A program made the position numbers and the translations under genes. A model generated the notes under the pieces. The model was not told the origin of the DNA. It saw only the letters and a list, made by a program, of their open reading frames with translations, and made no database searches. From positions 501,969 to 538,892 of the forward strand of contig NW_008708401.1 of assembly GCF_000327385.1 (NCBI RefSeq): 36,924 bases of DNA. The letters are read 5' to 3'. This stretch comes from Lottia gigantea. Lineage: Eukaryota. Positions 1 to 11,000 of the stretch are shown piece by piece. Position 1 is the first letter of the stretch. Each line of letters opens with the position of its first letter.

Positions 1-375
1 AAATACATCTACAAATCCTTCCACTTGCATCGTTTAATACATTCCATTGACCAAATTCACTTATATGAAAATCTGTATTCGCCTTAAAGGGGCAGATGTG
101 CCATTATGAGGGGTTGATTTCAGTCTTGAATATATGTAATAGCCTTCAGAAGTACTAGAAATGTACACGTGGATTTGAATGCTCATATTTTGACGGTGAG
201 CTGTGAACACTATTACTGATTAGCTCAGCTAAAAAATTCCAGTTTCTGAGATTAAAGTATGGTTGGTCTTTCCCTTTAATAAAATGTGTTATATCATTTA
301 ATTAAAAGATTAATTAATCAGTGTCAAATTTTATAGACTTCATAGTCGCTTCACTCACCACTTACAGAGACAAAT

Positions 376-2858
376 TTATTTTCTGTGATGTCGACCATAT
401 AACTTACTCACCTCTTCGTATTTACCATTACTTATAGCGTACACATTATACTGAGAGAACTTCTCAGTGACGTCCGCAGAAACGTATTTATCATCAGCAT
501 CTACAGCGGTGTTGAAAACATTGGAATCTCCGTCTTTAAACTGTTTGATAGCCTCATATACCTGAGTTCCACGATTATCATTGTTCATCAGATTACTGCA
601 TAGCTCATATCTGGAAGAGATAAAGAGCTTCTTAAAAGCCATCTGTTGTGCTATGGGACCCATAAATTTGTTTAGGATTTGTAGACTGGAAGTGATTCCA
701 CGGTTAGACAACCAATTTATAAAGCTGCTCAATCTGATGTGTCGCGATATGGGTTCGATTCCCTTCAAGAAAAAAAATTTATGAATACAATTAATATTTG
801 AAAGTCACAAAAAGTCAAGAACAAACCTTTGAGTACACGACTCCCTGGCAGCACGTTTGACACCATCTACAATAGCACCCACAGCCATAATGGTATATGG
901 TACATAACCATTAAGATCTTCTTCTGTCAATTTTTGGTTGGCTACATCGCATTTATTCGGGGCGGTTGGCAGTAAACTACATTGAAACTTCTGTTCCCAG
1001 TATTGATTGAACCATGGGTTGACCATATTTGGCATAGTCGTGTTGGGGTTAAGATTTATCCAATAATTTCTAAACGAGCCATATGTACTAAGGAATGAGC
1101 CAGCAACGTTGGTTGCAATGACGATACTATTGTTGTAAACTTCGTAAGGCAGATCTTTAATAACGGCGGTGTTTCTACCCCAAGATGATGTTCCCAAGAA
1201 GATAAACTTGTTGGCGATGCTGTTCTCGGAGTTTACAGCTTCTAACACACTGAAATGATATAATAAACCTTTTACTTCCATTTTCTCTGTCACTTCTAAA
1301 CTAATGAAAAGAAGACGACGCCATGTAGGTGCACCAAGTTTGGTCAGTTTGGCAGCTGTAGCGTACGAGGGAGCGTTTACGGGATTAAGTTTTATTGTTC
1401 CGTCAGTTCGCCATAAAAATAAAGTGGCCAACTATTTATAAAAATAGCGCAACAAAATACTTACACTCTGGCATGTGCAGCATCTGTATAGAGAGCTACG
1501 TATTTCACAACTTGCTTGGCAATCAGCATGTTGGTGACTTCCTGTATCTCGGCAGGGGTAGGGTTAATCGGTAATCTGACCGCTTGCACCACACATTTAT
1601 CTTCCCTTTGAATCTCAGCTGTAAATTGCTCTCTTCCTGCTCTACCATAAGCATCATCCATATAGACTATCATGACATACTTTGTACCGATTCTTGTTAC
1701 CATTTGTGCCATGATGAGAGCATCGTTGGCATCCGATGGAACTGTTCTAAGGAAATATGGAATTCTTTTGGAATCTCTCAAATCAGGAGACGTAGCAGAG
1801 TGACTTATGTAAGTTATATTTAAGTCGGTCATGGTGCGTCCTAAAGCCATAGCCTCACTGCTACGATCTGGACCAACATACGCCAGTAGTTGTCGTCTTT
1901 CGACACCATCAGGGCGCAGTTTACATTGAGCGAAACTGAGGACGTTTTCGATTGCTTGTTCATGTCGACCACAGTTATCGAAAGCTACTCCACCAATATC
2001 TACTTCAGAGCCAGCAATGCTCTTGTAGTGATTGATGGCCCAGAAGAACGCCATCATGTTGACGAAACCTACAAAAAGATGATTTTACAATATGATTAGA
2101 TAAAGTTTACTATATTGCCGAGGTTTCCAATTTGGGGCAAAATCAGTACCTCTATGGGATACATGTACTACTTCGATCTTGCCTTGGGATACCGTTAATA
2201 CTAGGGCCATCTTTTGTGGTAACTAGAAGCTTTACTGGTAAAGTTTAGAGGTGCCTTTTTGTATAATAAGAATGACTTTGCCGAAAACTTAATTGAATAG
2301 CCACTGTAAAGCTTTCATTGAGTTTCTGGAAGGCTGGTATTCAAACAAGGCGACAGGTTAGGAGGTGCAGGTTATTCAAACATATTTCACTGTGCCTTAT
2401 AAATATGGAATTGAAACATGTTGGCAGTAAATATTAACTATCTTTAACGGTGTTATTCATTTACTTCAAATACATTCTACTTTCGTTGGACCTCTCATTG
2501 GAATCTTATAGGTATTAATATATACATGTATATATAGATCCCAATTCCGCTAGTTCCCATTTTGGGTAACCCTAGTGCTATAACTATCATAGAGTGGTTT
2601 CAATCCATGAATTCAATACTCTTTGGAATTTTATTTACCTCTGTTTCTGATAGTGGTGCTGCATTCATAAGCTGTATCACCGGTTTCATGAACACCAAAC
2701 AATCCTCCAATATAATAGTGGTTATCTTGTGTAGTTTTAGTTGTTTTAAGTACGGCTACGTTTTCATATGGACAGCTATTTTGTGTTGCTGGACAGACCA
2801 ACTCCACTGCCCGGTACCCACTCAAGGTAGCTAGTAATATCAATAACGAAATGTGCAT
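376..2858 (-). CDS. Metabotropic glutamate receptor-like class C GPCR, 5' part only. Four exons (2639..2858, 1465..2068, 823..1300, 412..762) encode 551 aa of the extracellular ligand-binding domain. The gene continues past window position 1.
   Basis: The spliced translation starts MHISLLILLATLSG (signal peptide). It carries mGluR/CaSR family hallmarks: IGGLFGVHE, YECSTTIRNRGFVNMMAFFWAINHY (compare the mGluR motif [27 protein letters not shown]), PYFLRTVPSD, HARVLEVTEKMEVKGLL (compare KARVVVCFCEGMTVRGLL), FIFLGTSSWG and NPWFNQYWEQKFQC (compare NPWFPEFWQHRFQC). Intron phases are consistent across all four exons. Confidence 0.8.
412..762 (-). CDS. mGluR-like gene, exon 4: ligand-binding domain.
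   Basis: The acceptor is ttttttttcttgaag|GGAATCGAACCC, with AG at 764-763. The peptide is GIEPISRHIRLSSFINWLSNRGITSS...KYVSADVTEKFSQYNVYAISNGKYEE. The donor is a consensus GAG|GTGAGTAAGT, with GT at 411-410. The next exon lies beyond the window. Confidence 0.7.
823..1300 (-). CDS. mGluR-like gene, exon 3: ligand-binding domain.
   Basis: The acceptor is cttcttttcattag|TTTAGAAG, with AG at 1302-1301. This gives ...AAHAR-V-LEVTEKMEVKGLLYHFSVLEAV...FIFLGTSSWGRN...NPWFNQYWEQKFQC, which aligns to the mGluR sequence without an insertion. The 3' end is placed at the weak donor TTT|GTTCTT so that it stays in phase 0 with exon 4. Exon 3 itself is solid; its 3' junction, weighed in the first finding, is the uncertain part. 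Confidence 0.6.
1465..2068 (-). CDS. mGluR-like gene, exon 2: ligand-binding domain.
   Basis: The acceptor is ctttttgtag|GTTTCGTC, with AG at 2070-2069. The peptide contains GFVNMMAFFWAINHY, GVAFDNC and PYFLRTVPSD. The donor is CCAGAGT|GTAAGT, with GT at 1464-1463. The reading frame is continuous with ORF 1461..2057. Confidence 0.8.
2639..2858 (-). CDS. mGluR-like gene, exon 1: start codon and signal peptide.
   Basis: The ATG is the reverse complement of 2856..2858. The peptide is MHISLLILLATLSGYRAVELVCPATQNSCPYENVAVLKTTKTTQDNHYYIGGLFGVHETGDTAYECSTTIRNR. The donor is AGAG|GTAAAT, with GT at 2638-2637, and the exon ends in phase 1. Confidence 0.75.
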
Positions 2859-5800
2859 CTGAAATAAAGTTATATACCTGTTAGTAATGTTCAAAGAAGT
2901 TTGAAAAAGACTATCTAACCACAGAAAGAATAAGCCATAGACATTTTTTAAATGTAGCACATAATTTCTCAAAACGTTTGGACAAATTCCTGTCAGTCGT
3001 CATTACATTATCGTGTATATAACTAATTTGCGACCCATGCATCGTCTGATCGTTCATAAGGACAATACGACAAGTAACGTTTCTCGTCATATTTATATAG
3101 GATGTTTTTGTCTATTCAGTTTGATCAGTTTATACAGTATTATTCTAAGTTTAAATTCTATCATTGAATACTAATTTTCTTGTTCAAATATCTTAAATTG
3201 TTCATCACCCGCTTTTGTTTAAGGTTTGATTGTAAAATTTGCAGAACAATGAAAGTGTGATTCAAGTTAATTTCTTAAAATAGTTGATTTCTGTTGGGAG
3301 GGGTACAGGGGGAGGGGGTTATTTGTGCCCCTAAGAGAAATGGTTTGTATCCTCACTTCATTTCTAATGAATTCAAATCAAATATCATTTATTAGTCGTT
3401 TTGGCCCGAATATATATGCCAGAATTCACCGTCAATTCAATTTTTCTCACATTTTCCTGGATAAGAAGAACCCTCTTGGAGGCTCAGAGTTGCCGCTTCA
3501 AATTGACACCCCCCATTCTGCCCCCTTTTTGTACCCCCATTTTCGGGAGGCTGGGGCCACCACAGTCTAGATGAGCTTACACCAGATACGAAATCATCAT
3601 TTCAAGAAAATAAACCTTGTATGGTTACAATGGCAGTTTTGTTTGCCAGAATGGCCTCCGCCTATTAGTTTATTGAGAAGACGGTTATGATATAGAGGGT
3701 AGAAACAAGAGGTGTATTTATTAAAGTACCAATGCGACAATAGATGACCTATCACTCGATCATTGTCATATTCATAAACAATTTCCTCCAATTAATGTGA
3801 TATGATAGTATAATTTTTGTTTTAGGTCTGCAGGTGATAAACCCTAATGTTTTTAACACTTTGGACTCTGTTAAAAAGTACGAGTATACAACTGTATTCC
3901 ATGGAAATTACAATTACTATATAATGATATGAGATGATGACGTTTTCAAACACTTAATAGCATTTAGTGACCTCATAAAATCTACATCTAATCATCAAGG
4001 ATACTACGATCCGTATAGAATAAAAATGTTCTTTATTGAAATGTCCGACAATTTATGGAAGAAAGGAAAATTCTGATATTTATCATTCTTCCTATAACCC
4101 TGGTTCCAAAACCTGGGATGCTTTCACCCCCTGGGGGTGTGTGACTGGGGTGTCGGGGATGTAGACAACTGTTGTAGGAGAATTGTTTGTGGGGTGGGGG
4201 TTATTATATGGTTTCAAAGAAACAGCAACTGCCTTCCCACTGAGCATCTTATTGCGGCTGTATGATTATATATCAATTATTATGATTAGTTTGAATAACA
4301 ATTATAAAATTTACAACGTTTTGAATGTCCATTGTTTTGGGAGTGTGAGAGGCTCAAATGATTACTCCAGGGTTGTGAAGGCTGAAAAATTTTGGGAACC
4401 ACTGTACTGTACTATAAGGTTGATTTTGTCTACTTATTGCAAAAGACAACGTTAATTTCCTCATAATTCGTGTCCAGAATAAATTGAATGGGTGCATCAC
4501 TATTCATTGTTTATTTACAATATAAGCGAACCTTTGGGGCGTGGAAGTATAAAGACATTAACAGTATAATCAAATATTGTTTGAATATTAACTTCTATCC
4601 ATAGGTATTGATTTACTGTGATTTTATCATTTTAATTTACCTTTCAAAAGATAACAAATGTTCGATGTGGACTATAATATTAGCCTACGCGTAAGAAACA
4701 GGTTTCACAGAGAATGCACAGTTAGTTAATAATAGCTACAATAAGATGTTTGGGTAAAGGGCATGGCCCAACCCCTACAAACATAAACATATTTTAATAA
4801 ACGATGCCCTCAAATTCTAGACATGAATCAAGGCATTATTCCTGAACTTTGTTCCGTTTACTACGCCCCTGTCGGCTAATTGGTACCGTTTACGACCCTT
4901 TTCGTGGGATTGGTAGCTAGGGTGTGTAACATAATTTGTCCCCATTGAATTTCAAAATATATATGCACGGGGCCAGTTTTCGAAATTTTTTGAGTCCCGG
5001 AAAATATTTTGAAAAAGTAATTCATAAACAAAATTATAAAATTATTAATTATTTTAATAGCTTTGTTATTTTGGTTATTGTTGTTGTAACGTCCTCGTGG
5101 AACAAGATCCAACATATTATAATATAACATATAAATATATAAACACCTTGAAAGCATAATAAACAATACGGAATGAATGAATAAATATATATACCTTCAT
5201 GATGCCTGCTGTTATTCCTTCCTCAGTCCACTGCTACTGTCTGTCTATCCTGATATGACAGGTATAAAGATCGGGCCTACTCTGTAAGGGTTTGGTACCT
5301 GTAAAACAAGGTCAGGTATGTGTAGGTAATAAGGGGCAGTCCACCTCGGTATTCCACCGTGAAAAATAGGCGAGAATTTCTATTGAATGTATTTGTAATA
5401 AAACCGGTTCTACTTGTTTTCAACTCTAATTATAGTACCTATTGAATGGTTATCCAGTCATAGTCCAGATTACTAGGCACGTTACCTGTCACACCTGTAA
5501 TCAACCATGTGAAAGACTGGGTGATTCATATTTAGTCTCGATTGTTCGTGCGTAATAAAACTCGAAGCTATTGATAAAACCATATAAATGTGATGCTTAT
5601 AGTAAATCATTCAATGCCAGAACATGTCTTAACCGTTATCACAATGATGTCTATAGTAAATCATTTAGCAAACAAAATATTAGACAAATGAAATGAAATG
5701 AAAGGAGTTTAGTCCTACTTGTTTGCATCTGATTTGGCTAAAAGAGCAATGTCATGCAGTGTGCAATGAGGGATTCTGTCTAGGGGTCTTTAACATTCAC

Positions 5801-8081
5801 ATCCTGTAGCACACAGGGCCTTGATTTATTGTCCCATCTGATCTGAAACCTGGTGACGGAAAATGAAACTCAATTTATTGATATACATTAGAGGCAAGAT
5901 TTATTCCAAATAAAAAAAAATACAGAAATAGACAAAACATATGAATACAAAATGTAAGTTTAAAATATATCATGATAATTATTAGAGGTATATTGAAGTA
6001 GTTTACTTGTTAAATATTGTTCAATTTTTGGGGGTTTAAAACAAAATAATAAAAATATTAGAAAAATAAGCTTAAACAGAAATAAATCATATTACCAATT
6101 ATTTTAAAATAATTTTTGGCAAAAATAAAAATGCTAACAAACTTTTCAGGACGTAAATTTCTATATGGTGGGATTGCATAGTCAAATAATAATAGTCTGC
6201 GTAGATTATCTGTAATGAAAGTCCTAAGCAAACTAATTGTGTGATAGCTTTAACAGAAGGTTTTTTAAAAATCTTCGCTGCCAGTCACCACTGTTCAAAT
6301 ATTACATTAGACAAAATAAGTTATCAGAGGTAAGAGTCAGTAAGGTACAGATTGAAATTAGGAAGGTTTGGAATAACATAATAATATATTAATAATAACA
6401 AAGCATAACAAATATTTCTTCAGCATTATAACATTAAAGCAGTGCACCCATAGATATCATATTGTATATTATGCAAGCTTTGATTATGAGGTTTCAGGTA
6501 AACTGTAACGGGGAAATTCAAATAGGTTAGTGTTTGTAACAGATCATCTTCACTCACACATTTTGGGCGTATGGTTTCATTCATTCAAAGGTTTGCAATA
6601 CACAAGGAAATCTAATTTTTTGGGAAGACAACTTTAAAGATAAGAAAGAATTGGCACAGGTTGGAAATAAAGCTATTAAATAATATATATTAATAAAATA
6701 AATAGGATTAAATACATCTCTTATTAAATATCATAGGTTAAGATAGGGGAGTTTTCATTGTGTCACAGCGAGAAATTCTACATTCATTCCCTTTATATCA
6801 AATTTGCATACCGGTATGTGAAACATAAACTAATCTTAAATCAAAATATCAAAATCAGAGGTATTATAGATATTTCAGTCTTCTACTCAGATGGCTGGCA
6901 AATACAGCCAGAACAACAATCTTGATAATGGTCTCAGTTGACACCCCAGTCTTGAATATCATATCAGTTTCAAACATCACGTTTTTTGAATTATGTAGAT
7001 GATCTTATCTGGTCAAAAATTTTACATATATCATGATAACTACCATCACGATAATTAGGCGATATTACTAACATTTTAAAATTCCTATACCATTATATCA
7101 GTATATTACCCAGTCCTAGGTGTCAACTCTATCTATATCAATAAAAGCATTGTTAAGTTACATAAATACATAATACATAAATGATAATGATAAAAACATA
7201 AAATAATAAACATAATATAAAGTTTAACATAACATTTGTGGTGTTATAAAAGAGATCTCAATACAATAATTATGTAAAGTTTATCCTTTATAAGAAATAA
7301 AGTAAAATAACTAAAATAACAAGACATCTTTTAGATAAAAATATGTTAAAAATTGGCTCATTATGGTCATACACTTTTAGCTGTCATAAGACATGTCAGC
7401 AGCATTAGATAAGCTCTTATCATTAGATTCTAACTAGAAAGTCTGCATTCTGTTGATATAGTCTCAATGTTGACTTCTTGTTGAGTTCAGTGAGTCCTAT
7501 ATTGGAAAGTTAGCCTTCATTTTCAAGAATAGCCGCTCTGATGTATTGGCAGCATGAGATAAGTGCGTATTAAACAGATATGATTTTCTGAAACTAGAGT
7601 TATGATAAGACATATCAAAGATATATAAAGATAATAGCTTATTAAATAGATAGATATAATATATATAGATATAATTGTCTGATTAAAGAAATGCTAAGAG
7701 ATACAATTGTATTAGCTTTAAGCTACCGTAATGCATCACAAAGTCTAAACATAAAGGCAATGTTGGTTTTCTTCTCCTCCTCAAATATTAGTTTATATAC
7801 AGGAAAAGTAACATTAAAAATATATCAAAAACAACATCTTAAAAATAGAGATCTCTGAAAGCCTCCATCACAGACAGGAAGTTAATAGAGTTATGTCCCC
7901 TGCCAACATCACAGAATTCAAACTGCATCACTGAGCAACAATACTTTTGATTGGAAGAAAATAGATTAGATGAACCAATCATTGTCATGGACAGATCATC
8001 TGAAGGCACCATTGGTTTTATTATCTTTATTCTGTTATCTGAAATCCATAATGCAAATTTATGTGGTGACAATCTTTTATA

Positions 8082-8084
8082 TTA
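8082..8084 (-). CDS. INPP5K: Candidate stop codon of the INPP5K-like gene, as the first codon of a terminal non-coding exon.
   Basis: The acceptor ttctaccag|TAATATAAAAG (AG at 8086-8085) in phase 0 gives ...ISAKFK*. I found no alternative in-phase terminal exon. This is tentative. Confidence 0.3.
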   Translation of the reverse strand, partial: 

Positions 8085-11000
8085 CTGGTAGAATGATGAT
8101 TTCGATGATACAATCCCTAAGCATCAGAGGATAGAAAAGCACCTTGAATGTTTGAGAAAAAGACCTGGACAGAAAAGCTATAAATAATTGGGGTTATGAT
8201 TGGATGTATTTGCTAGCAAATCGATGCATTTACAAACTTTCGTGATACAAAGGTGGCTATTGAAGTCAAGGTTTTAGAAGTAGTTCATAATAGCTTGACA
8301 TTGTGAGTATGATATTACATGAAGTATCTTTTAATTATACAATAAGATATCAAACCTTTCCAAATTTGGAACTATGGCACTAAGTACATTGTGACACGCG
8401 TGTGATGTTTCCAAAAAGTTGCACACATGAGAGTTGCAGTATATGGTGAGTATATTAGTAATTTTAAAATATTACCTTAAATTTGGCACTGATTCCACAA
8501 ATACTGTATTTACTAGTCAGATAGATTAAACAGTAGTTTCCTGGTTTCATTGTCATGTAACTTTTATAAAATTTCAATGTAACACCCTTTTCACCATGAA
8601 ACTGTCCACCCTCCACGGCCCAGATATAGGTTATATAATCATTGAATGATTGGAAATCAGTCTACAAAAATAGATTTCATTATCAGCAAAAATTAATGAG
8701 GAGATCTTATTGACATCAGTTCCTGATGTGACACTTATCATTGGGTGATTTGGAAATGGAGGTTAAATTGCAATATTGCATCATAAATAAATGGGATTTA
8801 ACATGATACTTCTGTATTAATAATTGGGCTAATGAGAATTGGCAAAGCAAGTGGAAACATCATCAAACTTGGCAATGGCAGCAGCATTAGGCTGCTCTTT
8901 TTCGATTTCCAACTGTCAATGGATCTCAAATATGAACAACAGGTATCACAGTTGACCACTGACCTGTATCACTGACAAGAGGAAACTAAAATAGCTGTAG
9001 ACATTGACCTAGACCAGTAATTGAACTGGTTCAAAAAGGAATCAGAAAGAAGTGGGTATATAAAAACAGTGATTTATTTACCCGATATAGTCCAATCCAA
9101 TCATTATAATTAGTCATGAAAGTACTATCTACAGTATATTTAATAGTCATATCAGTCTTTCGTTTTATTTCATTGATAGGTAGAAATGATATAGGCTGAC
9201 TTGGTGGATGGGGGAATACCTGAAAATATACAATCACAATCACAAATAACAGTATCAGATTCAAATTAACGAGAATAATAAAAGTCTGGAATTGTCCTTC
9301 CTATTATCTGATAATATCATTGAGTATAATTAATAGTCTAGTGTGTTCTGTCCGAATATCTAGCCTGATCCTTATTCATAGATAAGCCAAGCCATAGAGT
9401 GTACAGTGAGGAAAATTCTAATGAAACAACATGGTCAACATAGACATCTATTTACTTAGTTGTAAAGTTATTCAAAGTATTCTTTGTAAAGAGGTCTTTT
9501 AAATTTTTTATGTTTTTTGGGACTTCTTTGTGCAAATCTTCTAAAACTAACCATTTCATGACATCACTATTGCAAAGGCCCTTTGATATTATTAGCAGCT
9601 TATGAAATAGTGACGTCAAAAACCCTTTGTTTTAGTCATTGCAAGAATCACTGACATTTAACTGAAATCTGATTGATAAAAATCAATGCTATAAGTGTCT
9701 CTGATCGGCCTACATATTAAATGTTTAGAAACCTCTTTACAATCTTTAAGCACGTCGTTCAAAACCTACCTGAAATTGGAATATAGAAGAAACTGGTCGA
9801 TGGTCACTAGATTTATAATCATTATGACTCTGATATTTTTTCTGTTGAACATTTAATCGTAGATTACCATAACCCACTTTATGATGGTACCACAGTATCC
9901 GATCTGTCCATGCTGGTACTCTTTGTTTTTCACTGAAATAAATCAACAATTTTTGTTAATGACAAGGATCCCTTTGGACATGATGGTCACTGTGTCAAGA
10001 CTGACACAGGTTAATCAGCCGAGCCAAAAAAAAAACTTACCTGGTATCATAATGGTCGGTATTTTTATCAAATTTATAAGTTGGTGGAAATGTTATATCG
10101 CCTTCATTAAACTCATCAAATACTAGCCCTGATTTCATAGACAGTAGTAGCTACAAATAATAACATTCAAAACTCTATAATATTTATCATGATTTATATC
10201 AATGGTAAAGGAGTAAATAACATCTATTTTGAATTCATTTACAACAGGCATCACATTTTTCATTTAAAATTAGACTGTAAAGCCAATAGAAGAAAAAGAA
10301 CACAATGAAGACAATGGGCGTCAACTTCATGTTAATAGTAAAGTAAAAAGTCTCTACCTGGTCATGTTCTAATAAATGATTGTAATCATCTTTTTTAATA
10401 CACTTTATAGCATCACTAGCTGTTATACCATTTACACGGAAATTGAGATCACCCATCCAGAATACATAACTAAAATAAAACAATAGTCAATTTATATACA
10501 ACATATACTCTTGATTCAAATCCAGATTTTATATCACTTCATTTATCAATAAACAAAATTAACTACGAAAACATTAATGTCCCACATAAACAACCTAGAT
10601 TTAGATTTCTATACAATATTGTGATACCAGTGTATTGCCCAGCCCTACTCACCAAGAATTTTATAAACAAAATACCCCAGTACTCACTCATGATCCATGA
10701 TATGGTCTACATCTTCATCTTTAAATTTCTGATCATCTAAAATACTGTCATAGTCCTAAATAAGATAACATGAAATTTTATAATATGAATTTTGATCTAG
10801 ATTGGTAAACTTAAACATATATTTTCTCCTGGTAATCTTTTTATCATCATCAAAGAGGTTATAATGCTACAAAACATCATGAGAAAACATCCCAACACAA
10901 TTTTTTTTACTAGAATATGCCTTTAATCGGCTTGACAAACCTCTATTCTTTCTTGAACATTTTCCATATGAGCAGCCAAATGACTATTAACTATGATAAC

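Noticed and set aside
751-763. A tRNA T-loop-like motif, gggttcgattccc.
   Set aside because: It lies inside mGluR-like exon 4 on the opposite strand (the coding sequence is GGAATCGAACCC). The upstream sequence has no acceptor, D or anticodon stems.
1432-1466. A 35-nt micro-intron (GTGTAAGT...ataaatag) that would join ORFs 1461..2057 and 805..1431 in phase.
   Set aside because: It would insert 44 residues absent from all mGluR-family alignments. The 164-nt intron 1301..1464 (acceptor cttcttttcattag) instead gives a contiguous ARV-LEVTEKMEVKGLL match. A 35-nt intron would also be implausibly short.
3299-3565. G/C-rich blocks (ggggtacaggggg ... tgtaccccca) upstream of the mGluR-like gene, resembling short inverted termini.
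   Set aside because: Only about 9 bp of inverted identity is present. There are no target-site duplications or internal features, and no similar stretch recurs later in the window.
3325-5166. Several ORFs of 60-96 aa in the 2.9-7.8 kb intergenic stretch: 3325..3570, 4183..4455, 4876..5166 and 7839..8072.
   Set aside because: They are low-complexity, have no recognisable domains and no splice-compatible neighbours. The exception is the possible link of 7839..8072 to the INPP5K-like terminus, discussed in the findings.
10800-10912. An open frame [36 protein letters not shown] with a good acceptor (gttttgtag|CATTATAAC) in the INPP5K-like intron between exons E and F.
   Set aside because: It ends in an in-frame TAG immediately before exon F and has no usable donor. 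Exons E and F join directly to give the conserved ERIE-DYDSIL motif.
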